Shown piece by piece: positions 40,544 through 53,570 of a stretch of 64,000 nucleotides of DNA. The notes beneath the pieces are model-generated. The model saw only the letters and a program-made list of their open reading frames with translations. It was not told the origin of the DNA and ran no database searches. Origin of the DNA: Geosiphon pyriformis uo1 (lineage: Eukaryota; Fungi; Glomeromycota); NCBI GenBank assembly GCA_016748015.1, contig JAAOMT010000193.1, positions 288,042 to 352,041 on the forward strand, written 5' to 3'. The position numbers and the translations under genes were made by a program. How positions within the stretch are numbered: position 1 is the first letter of the stretch; each line of letters opens with the position of its first letter.

Positions 40544-41910
40544 TTGCCGTCTTTAAAAATCCTAAAGAGTTATTCACCGCCATATTCTCCCGCGTACCTT
40601 TTGAATCAGCGGCAATGCTATTTCGATAATCATGTCACATCCACGTGGAATTTTTTAAACTATCTCAAACGGATTACCCCCAAAAACAAACTTGATTTAG
40701 ATTATGAGTCAATTCATAACCAATGGGAAATGAAAATCAAGGAAATCAAATCAACTAGAGTGAGAAACTTGACTTTGACGAATTTTAAGGTAAGTTTTCT
40801 TGTTTAAGTTACACTCTCGTTAGAATTTCTTAATTCCCAGTTTTCAGGATTGATCTCATTATCACGAACTCTTGTTGATTTCTTTTTTCTTTTATATAGG
40901 AATCAAAAAAATCATTAGACGTCAATAAGTGGTGGGCTCAATGGGGTGTTGACCATTCTAAGAAAGAAGATCAAATTCCCGGACGAGCTTGCAAGTATTA
41001 TAGTAAGTATTTCATGATCTTTTGAAATTAGAAAACCGATAGAAATATAAATATAAATTTGTATATTCATATTTAGATGAAATCATAAAGTTACGTTTAA
41101 AAAATCAAGATGCTCTGACACAAGATTCTGAGGCGAGTGATAAATAATTTCATTTGGGAGGCTTTTTAATAACATTATTATATTTACAGGAAATGGCAAA
41201 ACTTGGATCACATAAGTCTGTTCAAGATCTCTTCCAAAAATACGTTAATCAACTCTCGGGAATAGGACCTGCAAATCACAATCATCCCGCGTTTTCAAAC
41301 ATTCTTTTTTTACCTGATAGAGAAAATTTATTATCTGTTTTTATCCAAGTCGATTTGAAAGAAATAGAAGGCCTTAATCTGCAAAATTTCACTTTAAACG
41401 CGACACAAAGATATGAATTAGGGAAATTATTCAAAAGAAAAATCGAAAATCCCCCCAAACAAATTAACATTAAAGATGATTCAATAATCATCTGTCCCAT
41501 TGACATTGGAATGATAGATTTTCCATCTATTGAAGATTCATCTGTTTATCATGATAACGGATGGGATAATGAATCAGATCTCGAAGAATTTGCAGCTGGT
41601 CTTACTAAATTAATGTATGTATAATTTCCTTTTCGACCATTTATTCACAAAATTTACGTTATTTTATTTAATCATTAGGGTCAATCCAGAAAAAAAAATG
41701 GATTATCGTGATATTAGTGAGAATACTTATACAGTGATGGTATTATCAAAGCTTTTTGAGCCCTTATTTGACAATATCATTTGCGTCAATATTTTTTGGT
41801 AAGTATTGGTTAAACCTTTTAACTACTTCATCATTACATTGACTTGAATCGCTCAACTATTTTTAGGGCTGAACAGGAGTCGCCTTCTTCTAAGAAAAGA
41901 AAGAATTTGG
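40544..41910 (+). pseudogene. Intron-containing hypothetical gene, truncated at 41910; possible PD-(D/E)XK-like nuclease family; start uncertain
   Basis: Coding-like, CpG-retaining exons with GT-AG introns (donors at ~40790, ~41615, ~41799; acceptors at ~40899, ~41189, ~41658, ~41867). The last exons read DISENTYTVMVLSKLFEPLFDN..FW|AEQESPSSKKRKN before an inverted copy of exon 1 begins. Confidence 0.55.
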
Positions 41911-42313
41911 CCTTAAAATTCGTCAAAGTCAAGTTTCTCACTCTAGTTGATTTGATTTCCTTGATTTTCATTTCCCATTGGTTATGAATTGACTCATAAT
42001 CTAAATCAAGTTTGTTTTTGGGGGTAATCCGTTTGAGATAGTTTAAAAAATTCCACGTGGATGTGACATGATTATCGAAATAGCAATGCCGCTGATTCAA
42101 AAGGTACACGGGAGAATATGGCGGTGAATAACTCTTTAGGATTTTTAAAGACGGCAAATATCTTTTCTCGATTTATTGGGTTGAAAATAAGTTTAGAGGA
42201 TTCCAAAAAATATAAACCCTTTGAATTTGAGAAGTTTTTTTTCATTTACCGAGGCAAGGAGTGAGAACACGAGAGAAGAGCACAAAAAAATAAAATACAG
42301 CAAGAGTTATGAT
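41911..42313 (-). repeat. Inverted duplicate of 40388-40790 (first exon and upstream region of the hypothetical gene)
   Basis: ORFs 40544+ and 42157- are near-identical (SPAY/SPVY, RQCY/RHCY). Confidence 0.95.
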
Positions 42314-42741
42314 TGCAGGGACACGGACGTCCTGTCCATGCTGATGTCCCTGTGTAACATTGTACATGGACATTGTTCCACCATTTTTTATTTATGTCCT
42401 GGGCCGTGTTCTTTGATCTGAGCTACTAAAACTCTAATTACCTTTTTTATTAAATAAATATATAGTAAAACAATATTAATATCAATCAAAGCAATTTAAA
42501 ACCTTTTTACAAATTTTGTATCAATGTTTTAGGAGAACAAAAAGAAAAAAAAATTTTCTTAACAAAAAAGATCATATTATACAACATTTAAAAAAATGTA
42601 ATCATTTTCTCAATCAAACTACACCTAAGAAACAAGCAAAAATAAATAAGATAGTAATAGCTTCATTATTTACAAATAAAAAACCTTGTATATTAAGTAT
42701 TTATTATTGATAACTGATTTAAATATTAATTAAAAATAGTG
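42314..42741 (+). mobile_element. 5' end of hAT-like transposon (copy at the empty site); direct repeat of 43576-44003
   Basis: Starts TGCAGGGACACGGAC (CAGGG is typical of hAT termini). Then KFCINVLGE..FLNKKDHIIQHLKKCNHF, a decayed BED zinc finger. Confidence 0.7.
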
Positions 42742-42761
42742 NNNNNNNNNNNNNNNNNNNN
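42742..42761. other. Assembly gap (20 N)
   Basis: Run of n. Confidence 1.
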
Positions 42762-43567
42762 TATCTTGGATGTTCCAATAGGGTATAAAATAAAGAATAA
42801 TTTCTAATCAAAATTAAAAAGTATTAACTTTATCTTTATTTATAGAATGGGTGATACCGTATCAAAAAGACAAATCGACCAGCGACTGCCTCTGATCCTT
42901 GTCATCAATGTTACGGGAATTAGCACCATTAATGAAAAGACATCTCTTCAGAACAAAGATTTACCAGAAGAAATCAATTTTCCTAAAGGAAATCAAATTA
43001 CAAAACAAAGGTAAATTTGAATTAAGTTTATCACTTACTGTATTTATTTATTAATTTTTTAATATAGATATCGCCTGATGGGAGTTTCTTTTTGTAACGA
43101 CATCCATCATATTGCCGATGTTCGTTTCGAAAATGTTAAAAATTCTGGCTGGTATCAATACGATGGGTTGCAAAAAACTTACAAAGCAAGGGCGATGGCA
43201 ATTGGAAGTTCGCGTCCTCCTCCCAAAAGTGGTTATACAATGGCTTTTGTCATCTATGGAAAGATTTAAGTTTTTTGCAATAAAAACTGATCGTTATATG
43301 TAATAAAGAAGGATCTCTATTTTTAAGCTTACCTGTTTCAATAATAACAGTATTACTTGTTTGAATTTTCCATTCAAATTTGTGTCACTTAGTTTGGTCG
43401 ACTTTACAGTACCTTCAATTGGGTCTGCCCTCAAAAGAAGCCGTTGCTCTTAAAAAATGTCTATTTATCGCAGGTTTTACCCAATCTACCCAATCTATCA
43501 CAGGTTTTACATTAGATGGCTGATCATTGCAGGTTTTACTATTTGTTATCTCAGATTTCACTGTCGT
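42762..43567 (+). mobile_element. 3' half of the TIR element carrying the USP-like protease C-terminus
   Basis: Ends ..ATCTCAGATTTCACTGTCGT at 43567, with the same GCAGGTTTTAC subterminal repeats (43465-43540). Followed by TTTATGAT. Confidence 0.7.
42846..43269 (+). CDS. C-terminal exons of a USP/peptidase C19-like cysteine protease (partial)
   Basis: Exons 42846-43010 and 43068-43269 read QRLPLILVINV..DLPEEINFP..RYRLMGVSFCNDIHHIADVRF..GWYQYDGL..GYTMAFVIYGKI*. This follows the USP order LPxIL, P..I, YxLxGV..H..A..W..YD, terminal xxY. No Cys box is present. Confidence 0.6.
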
Positions 43568-43575
43568 TTTATGAT

Positions 43576-46145
43576 TGCAGGGACACGGACGTCCTGTCCA
43601 TGCTGATGTCCCTGTGTAACATTGTACATGGACATTGTTCCACCATTTTTTATTTATGTCCTGGGCCGTGTTCTTTGATCTGAGCTACTAAAACTCTAAT
43701 TACCTTTTTTATTAAATAAATATATAGTAAAACAATATTAATATCAATCAAAGCAATTTAAAACCCTTTTACAAATTTTGTATCAATGTTTTAGAAGAAC
43801 AAAAAGAAAAAAAAATTTTCTTAACAAAAAAGATCATATAATACAATATTTAAAAAAATGTAATCATTTTCTCAATCAAACTACACCTAAAAAACAAGCA
43901 AAAATAGATAAGATAGTAATAGCTTCATTATTTACAAATAAAAAACCTTGTATATTAAGTATTTATTATTGATAACTGATTTAAATATTAATTAAAAATA
44001 GTGAATAATCAAAAACCTACTTTAAATACATCATATTTTTTTATTTTATTCCAAAAAGTAATAGTTCAATCATTAACAAATAAAGATCAAAAACAATTTA
44101 ACAAACTTTTGTTTTAAATAACAGTTTCTTATAAATGGTTTTTGTTTTGGGTTAATAATCCTAAAACAAAACAATGTTTTAAATTTTTAAGTTTTCTTTT
44201 TATACTTTTTAATAATTAAAAATTAGGTAAGCAAATTTTAAATAAAGTTGTTAATAATATTAATAAATTTATAAAAGTTGCTTTAAAAAAAAATTCAATA
44301 AGTATAATTTTAATATATAAAAATAAACAAATATTAAGAATAAATATTTTTTGAAAACTGTTATATTGTTATTTAAAGAAAAATTTTATATTTGAAAAAT
44401 TTTTAATATTAGTTTAAATATAAAAAACATCAAATATAATTACTAAACTAGAAACAATGAATACTAAATTTGTTTTTATTGTTATAAATAATACTAATGT
44501 TTATATAACTGCAAAATAAATATAAATAATACTAATGTTTATATAACTGTAAAATAAATATATATAATAATTTATAATTTATATAATATAAACATTAATT
44601 TTTGTTTTGTCTACTAATTGAATTTTTGTATTAAAAAAATTTTTAAAAAATTAATATTATTAAAAAAACTATTGACCAAAAAATTAAAGTTGCTATATTT
44701 TTTAAATATTAATAACCAATTTTTATTAATCAATTATGTTATAAGTAATTTAAAATTTATCACAAAATTTATACAATTTTAGCACTTAAAAAAACCAAAT
44801 AAAATAATTTTTTTATATATATACTATTTTTTTATATACACAAAAAACATTAAAAATAAGTTTGTAAAATTGTATTTTATTATTATAAGTTATTATAATT
44901 TTATTTTTTTTAAATTTTAATTATTAAATTTAAGCCATTTTTTGATAAGTTTCAATATTAACCAGAAAATAATTATATCTATTAAATAATTATTATATTT
45001 AATTTATTTTGAAATTAAATCAAGTATTTAGTTAAGTTTTTTATTCTATATTATAAATTACTTAATATATTTTAACAAAACAAAACTTATTTGTTTAAAG
45101 TTGCTTTAAGTATAACTTATCTTATACAATTTTAAATGTTATATTATAACAATATTTTTACAATACAATTAATTACAAAACTTAAATAATATTAAAATAA
45201 GTAAAACAACTAATTTTATTGTTTTTATGATTTTTTATTTTAAATATAAAATAAATTAATTACAATTTTTAATTTTTAATATTAATTATTCTATTTTTAA
45301 AAATTAATTAAATTATTATAAAGTTTTATAAGTTTTATTTAAACAAATTAATATAATTATATAATAACAAATAATTATTTATTTAAATTTTTAATAATTA
45401 GTATTATAATTCAAAAATTAGGTAAAAATCATAAATAATATAAATTATTCAATCATAATATTATAATTAAAACTTTTATTTTTTAGTTTTTATTTATTTA
45501 TTTAACTATAATTAATTACATATATTAGTTATTAATATTTTTAATTGGTTATTTTATTTTTTAGAAATAATTATTAATATAATTATTAACTTAATTTTTG
45601 AATTAATTATTGATCTGATTATTAACTAAATTATTAGTATAATTACTAATCTAATTATTAATTTTTTTAAAAATATATAAATAAGATTTTTTAAAGCTGT
45701 AAAGAATTATTTACACTTAAATTAAATTTATTTAAAGTAAAAATTAATATAATAATATTAATGGTTTTATTTTTTTTCGTTATTTTTTTTCTTTTTTTAA
45801 TTTGTTTAATTTTTAGTTGTTGTAAAATATATTAAATAAATATTTATTAAAAAATACAATTAATATTTAATATTGAATTTTAAAAATGTTAATGTAAAAC
45901 ATAAAATTATATTAATATATTATTTTTTGTTAATAATATAAACTATTTTTTTATTTTCAGATATTTTGTTATCTTTTAAAAAAAATAGCAATTAAAATAT
46001 TTATAAAATTGATCTTATAAATTAAATTTTCATTAAAATATTTTACTTATTAAAGTTAAATTATTTTTTAATTATTTTTATTGTTATATAATACTGTTTT
46101 TCTTGTTGTTTATTAATATATTAGATCTAATTATAACAATAATAT
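43576..46145 (+). mobile_element. Degenerate hAT-like transposon (BED finger at 5' end, rest decayed); 3' limit approximate
   Basis: Same CAGGG terminus and HIIQYLKKCNHF motif as the 42314 copy. A further inverted fragment of 45890-46080 lies at ~46350-46547. Confidence 0.68.
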
Positions 46146-48122
46146 TGCATAATAATAAATTTTTAAAAAAACAATAATATATATAACAATAATTACAAAT
46201 TAATATTAATAGTAAATATTATAGTAATAAATACTATTTAAAAATATCAAAAAAATATTATAATATGTTTTTTTATAAAATTACAAATATATATATATAT
46301 ATAATTTAATTAACAAGTTAATAAATAGCAAAAAAATAGTATTATATAACAATAAAATTAATAAAAAAGTAATTTAACTTTAATAAGTTAATTAAATTAG
46401 TAAAAATTTAATGTATAAAATTAATTTTATAAATACTTTAGTTATTATTTTTTTCAAAAAGAAAACAAAAAAAATCTAAAAATCTAAAAATAATTTATAT
46501 TGTTAACAAAAATTAACACGCTAATATAATTTTATATTTTATATTAATGTTATAAGTTAAAACAAAATTTGAGTTAATTCGAAATTAACTTAAATTGATT
46601 TGAAATTCTAATTTAATTTAAGTTAATTCGGAATTATTAATTCAATACTGTGTTGATTTCAAATTAACTTAATCTATTATATTATTTGATTAATTGGCTA
46701 GTAAAAAGTTTTTTTTTTGTTAGCCAATTAAAAAAATTAAAGTTTTAATATTTAATGTATTTTTTATGGCTTTTCAACACTATTTATTATCAATAAATTA
46801 TGAATAGCTTATTTAAAAAACATTTTCTGACTTTTTTAAAAGTTATTTATTAGTTAGAAGTAAAATAAAACAAGCCAAAACTTTGTTTTCTTAAGATTAT
46901 ATAAACTAATGTAATAAGATATTAAAAAATATCTCTGAAAAAAAAAACTTTAATTTTAAATTAAAGTATTAAGTATATATTATCTTTTATTTTACATAAA
47001 TTAAAAAACAAAATATATTTTATCTTAAAAAACAAAAAAACCAGTCTGTCTAAAAGAAAAATTATATAAAAAACTATGTGAATTTCATTTAGAAATAAGA
47101 TATAGAGAAATGAATAAAACTTATAACATAGTATATAATATTAATTTAATTTTTTATATAAAAGATACTAATAATTTTTTTTTTATAAATTAAAAATAAA
47201 TATGCTTGGATGCTTAAAAATATAGTAAAATAGTTTTGTTTTTATTATACTAGATATATTATATAACAATTTTTAGTTCAACTAATAACTGCAAATCTGA
47301 TTTTAATAAAAAACTTTATGTATTGTTTACAAGTAGATTTGGTTAATATGTACAATTGACTAGATAATTTTTATAAGTATATCTATTATACTTAAAATTT
47401 TTTTACAAAATTTTTTTGGACTATGGCTTTTTTTTTTAATGAAGCAAAAAAAGTAACAAGCTTTTTTTTCAATTTTTTACTATATTCAAATCTTTAATTA
47501 TTCTTCAAACAAATAATAAAAAAGAGTTTATAGTTAATATAATTAAAAAATTAACAAAAATATAGTTAACTATTTGTATTATAAATAAAAATTTAAAACA
47601 TTTTTAATTCCAAAAATTAATTGAACAAGCAATAATGTACTTTACTAAAAACTTTCAAAATAGATAAAAAATAAAGATATTAATAATTAGTTATATAGTT
47701 TATATTAAACAATATGTAAAAAACATTATTTTTATATTGGTTGAATTATTTAAACAATAACTAATTTATTTTTATGTTTTGATACAATAAACATAAAAAT
47801 TTTTACAGTTACTGGCTTTTTATTTTATCAAATAGTGTTTGAAAAAAAATTTTGCACGAATTATTTTCTTTTTAAGTCATTTTTTAAACAATTAATTATG
47901 CAAAAAGAAAATTTTTCTAATAACTTGAATATAAAGCCAACTGATAAAAAGCCAATTCAACAGGAAATCAAAAATAATAATGATCAGCAGTAAGACAGAT
48001 TATAACAAAAAAATAACCAACAATGGCAGTAAGATAATTAACAACAAAATAATCAGCAACAATAAAAACAACAAAATAATAGGTAAAAAAATAACCAGTA
48101 GCAACAACAAGATAATGTGTGA

Positions 48123-49064
48123 TGTTACTGAAAGTTTTTGGTCTCTTTTTTTAAATATTATTAGTATTAGTTTGCTGCTAATTCATGTTTATTAAAAGCT
48201 AGTGAATTTTCAATACTGAATTTATCTTCAAATTATTTTCTATAATTTAAACTGCTGGACTTATAAGTAAAATGGCCAATTTTATATCAGTTACTATATG
48301 TAATTATTTTATAGTAAAATTTAACTCTTTTTTAAAAAAATTTTATCTAAAAATTCACTAAAAATGTGTAGTTACTTTGTAGTAAAAGTCAACTCTTTTA
48401 CAAGAATTTTGTTTGTAGGCTATTTTAATAATTATATTAAAAAAATATATAAAAAATATAAAAAATATAAAAAAAATAGAATTTTATTAAGAGAATTATT
48501 TTCTATTTAAGTCTGAAATCATTAACAAATTACTGAATTTGTAGCTAGTCAATTTCAAAATATTAGTTTGGATTTCGAGAAATATTAAGTATAATTATTT
48601 TAAAAATAGTTTTTTTTTTAAAGTATATTTTTATTTTAAATTGTACTAATAAGGATAAATCTAAAGTAAAACATCTATAGTAAAATATATTTTTTAAAAA
48701 AAGAAGCTTTTCTTTTATACAACTTATTATAATACTAGTCTGTAAATTTGAACTTTTTTTTTGTTATAATTTCAATAAACTACAAATTATTTTGTTGAAT
48801 TATTAACTATTTCAGTGAATTATTTATTATTTCAGCAAATTTTGGCAAATTTTGACAAATTTTTAAATATTATATAATTTAGTATATTGTGTAATTTGAT
48901 CATTTTAATTTCTATTATACAAATTGAGTTATTAATTAAATAGCAATCTTTGATAATTTTTGATTAAATAATAAGTAATAATTTAAATAATAATAATATA
49001 TGCTAATTAATAATAAAAATTATATAATAATTTTATGTTAATTAATAAAATTCTACTGGTAAAA
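48123..49064 (-). repeat. 3' LTR (~940 bp) of the Gypsy element
   Basis: TGTTAC..GTAAAA termini. Aligns to 56945-57102 plus 57969-58782. Confidence 0.87.
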
Positions 49065-52000
49065 TAATTTTCCTCTTATGACTAAGTTCTGTCAAAGTTC
49101 AAATACTTTCTGTAATATTAAGATAGTAATCCAAAATAATTGAAGTAATTTAGTTTAAAAATTGTTGAAATTTTTATTTTGTGAGTTTGTCAATGTATTA
49201 AATTTTTATTGATTAAAGTATTGGATTTTGTAGAACATTTTTGCAAATATTAAATAAGTTATAAAGTTTAAAAACTGCTCTAAATTTGTAATAAATGTTT
49301 ATTAGTTTAACTGCTGTCTTGAATTTATTGTGAATTTGTTTTTGTATTATTTCAAAAGTGAGGTTGGTTGTTTTAAGTTCTAGTTTTCGTTCATAAATTG
49401 TTTTTCTAATATGAAAATATCTAAAAATAAAAGTATTTTCATGGCTTTGTTTACTAATCTATAATTGAAGCTTTTGTTAAATTGTGACATTTAGTAAAAT
49501 GTTAATAAGGGCAAATAAAAATTTTTTTTTAAAGCTTGCTTCAAAAGTTTTAACAATTAAATTCCAAAAAAACTTCTTGTATTCTTTCTATAGGAGTAAT
49601 AATTCTGAGTATTATTTACTATTAGTGTTATAATTTCTTTTTGAGTGTAATTAATTTGACTTTTATTGATCATTATAAATAAGTTAAAAAGTGTTTTTAA
49701 TACTACTATTAATTTTTGAGACATTTATTGAATGTTTTAAGGAATAATTATGATAAAAGTAATTAAATTGAGATTAAAAAAAGATTTGAAAAATAAAGAA
49801 ATATTTTGGATATAAGATTTTTATATTTTTTGGTTTTGGGTTTTTTTTTTGGTAATTATTTACTATTTTGTTTTTATATTTGTATATTATTAAAAAAATA
49901 TTATGATAATAGTAAATTAAATGTTTAAGTTTAATTATTGTTCTATTATAACTATTAGTTCTAAATATTGGAGAATATTTTCAAGATTAATTAAAGAAAA
50001 ATGTATACCAATTTGTAAAATTAATAATTCAGGATTGTTTTTGAAATGATAATACTTTAATTAATCTCCATGTGCAACTTTGGCTAGAACTTTGTCATCA
50101 ATTTTTAACTTATATAATCTATTGCTTAAAATTTCATGAATATAAAATAGTTTATCTTATTTATTTTCAAATTTTTTACTTTATTGTTTTTAGCCTTAGT
50201 TTTGTATAGGAGAACTTTGTTTCTAATTTTGAATTTGTTAGTAACTGATAACAATTTGTTATCATGTTATTTTTTTTGTTGAGCTTAGAAATATATAATA
50301 TAAGTGACTGCTATTCATTTTTTTTCTTTTAAAGTACTAAGCAGAGTGTAGACTCTTTATTAAAGTGTTTATTAAAAGTTTTTTTTATTGATTAGTTGTA
50401 TTGAATATGTTTCTGCCATAAAGTTAATTGGTAATATTGCTGTTTTTCTATAAGTCAAATCAAAGAGTATGTGTTTTATAATATTTTGTTTTAATGTTTT
50501 ATATACTAGAAACACTAATAAAATAAAAATATTCTATTTCTGTTCAAAATCAATTGAGATTTTGGCTAATAATTTACACAATATTCAGTTAAAACATTCT
50601 ATTAATCTATTTTTTTGGGAGTAATAAAGTGATAATAAAAGTTTTTTAACATTAAATTATTTACAAATTTCTTGTATTAAGTTGTTTACAGAATGTGTTT
50701 TTTAATTAGATAAGAGTTTAATTAAACATTTATGTCTACAAATAATGTCTTTATAAATGAAATTTGCTACTAATTTTATATTTGCTTTTTTAATGGCTTT
50801 GGCTTTAAACTATTTGGTGAGATATTTTACTACAACTGCTATATAACAGTTTCTTTAAATAATAGCAGATAGTAGTCTGATTAAATTAATATTAATTTTG
50901 TCAAAAAGTTGTCCAACTTTGATTGAATTTAAAGGTTTAATAAAGCAAATTTCTTTTTTTTATTAACTATTATAAGATTTTATATATTGTTAAATGTTTT
51001 AGTACATGTATGGCCAAAAATAATATTCAAGTGTTTTTTAAATTGTATTATTACTTTTTAAGTATGCTAATAAAAAATCTGTGTACATGTTATATAAAAT
51101 GATTTTTTTTATTTTGTTGGACTAATTTAAATAAATTTGTTAGGTTTTTGCAATTTCAGTAATAAATTTTGTTATAGTGAATAAAATATTGCTTTACTTG
51201 GTTTTGTAATTAGTGTTTTTCAACTGGAAACCAATTTTTTGGTATGTTAAAAGTTTCCAAATAGTTTTTAATAATGTTGTAATTTTTGGGATTTATTGTT
51301 TTATTACTAATTTGTTTATTAAGTTTGTTGAATTGTTGGTATAAGTTTTAATTTTGCTTTATTCTGAAAAGATTATCAATATTTGTGTGTAATTTTTTTG
51401 GTTTGTAGTATATAATATATTTGTAATTAGCTAGAAAATCAGTCTATTAAAATTACTTTATACTAAGTTTAGAGCTTTTTTGTTGAGCTATTTAAGACTA
51501 ATATTATTAATAATAATGTCAAATTAAAGTTTATTTTTGAAGTATTGCTAAAAGTATTTAAGAGTCTAGATAATAACTGTTGCTTTTAATTCAGTTAAAT
51601 TATATTTGAATTTTGTTGGCTTGAGTGTTTTACTAGTATATGTAATTTTTTATTTATTGTTATTGTTATCCAATTGTAATAAAATAATATTAAAAGCTAT
51701 ATATAAAGCATTAGTAACTAACTAGAATTTTTTATTAAAATCTGAATAAGCAAAAATTGAAGTTGTAGTAAGTTTTTTTTTAAGAGTGTAAAATATTTGT
51801 TGTTAAATTTGTTTTTATTAATATTTTACATTCTTGTTGGTCAAGTAGTTAAGTGATTTGGTGATTTTAAAAAAATTTTTAATGAATTTTTAGCAATAAA
51901 AAGCTAATTTTATAAATTTATTTAGTTTTGTAGAATTTTGAGAGATTTTAAAGTTTTTAATAGCATTAATTGTTTCTGTATTAGGTTGGATTTCATTTTT

Positions 52001-53279
52001 GTTGACAATATGTTCAAAAAAAATCAAACTTATTTTTCTGAAATAATATTTTTGATATTCAATTTCAATTCTGCTTTTTATAATTATTAAAAAACTTTTT
52101 ATTAATAGATTAAATAAACTTTAAAACTTGGAAAGTACATATTAGTATTATTAAAATAAACAACTACTAATTGCCATAGAAATTTTTTATAAACAACATC
52201 CATTAGTTACTAAAATATTGCTAGTATATTGCAAAATTTGAAAGACATAATATTAAATTTATAGTTTTTTTTTGTATAATAAATGTTATTTTAAGACAGT
52301 CTTTTGGATCTATTTCAATTTGCCAATATTCACTTTCTAAGTTTAAAATTAAGAAAAACTTGGCTTTTTTTAGAGTATTTAACATGTTATTAATTCTTGA
52401 TAATAGGTAGATATTTTTTATTGTAATTCTATTTAGTTAACAATAGTCTACACAAAATCTGATTTTTTCATTTTTTTTTGACAAAAACTACTAATAAGAC
52501 CCAAAAACTTTTTGATGGTTAAATAAGACTATTTTTAAACATTTGTTGTACTTTTTCTTTAATAAATTAATAGCTGGCAAATAAAACTTAATAAACTTGT
52601 TAGTATTTTAATAGAATATCTTCTATGTGAATTTAATGCTATACAATATTGGTTTTTTTAAGGTTATTGTTGTTTTTAGTGAATATATTAATATATTTGG
52701 CAATTAACTATTTTAATTGTCTTTGTTGTTAAGATTTCAAAAAATTCATGTTGATTTAAAAAAGTTTTTTCTTTATAATGTGGTAATTTTTAATACTAAA
52801 AATAATGTTTGGGTTTAGAAGTAGTATATGTCTTACAATTTTAATAAAATTAGAAACAATTTAAGAGATTTTATTTTGGAAAATATTGCTATATATAATT
52901 CCAATTTCTAATCTATTTAATAAAATAATAAGATATTTGTTGAGATTGTAGAAAGTAATCTGGAATTTTTTTATTTTTTTTGGAATATAAATATTTGGAA
53001 TTATAATTTTATGCTTTAAACAGATTTGTTTATTTGACTCAAAGAATTGTTGAGTGGTAATAGGTTTTAAACAAGTATAAATTTTATAATATTCTCTAAA
53101 AAATAAGATGATAATTGGTTGTGAAATTTGAAAAATTTAGTGAAATTTATTCTGTGTCTTAAAAATTATATTTACTAGAACTGTGAGTTGTTTAATTAAA
53201 CCAAAATTTTGGGTTTTTTTATCACTTTTGTCTAATTGTTTTTTTAATTAACTGGTTGTAAACTCAAAATGTTGATTAG

Positions 53280-53570
53280 GAATAAGTAAATTGCTTAACC
53301 AATTTTTTTAGTATGTTCTATCTTAAATAGCTTTTCTGTTTTATTTTATAACATAATTGTGATATTTCTGGTGTATTTTGCATCTATAACTTCTTCTTAA
53401 ATATTGATTTTTTTACTTGTCAATAATGATTAAAAAGCAATTTGAATCATTGTTTCTGGTGCAATTTCTAGTGTAATTTTAAGATTGATTTTTATTAAGA
53501 ACTTGGATTAAAAAATCAAAATATTTTTGTCTGAATATTATAGGTTATATCTAACATTAATTTTATAAGT
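53280..53570 (-). pseudogene. dUTPase domain inside the Gypsy pol
   Basis: Reads VRYNL*YS (motif 1 AGYDL), IQIAF*SLL (motif 2 RSS), EEVIDAKYTRNI (motif 3 GVIDxxYxG) and KKIG*AI (motif 4 IAQ), in the correct order and spacing. Confidence 0.8.
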
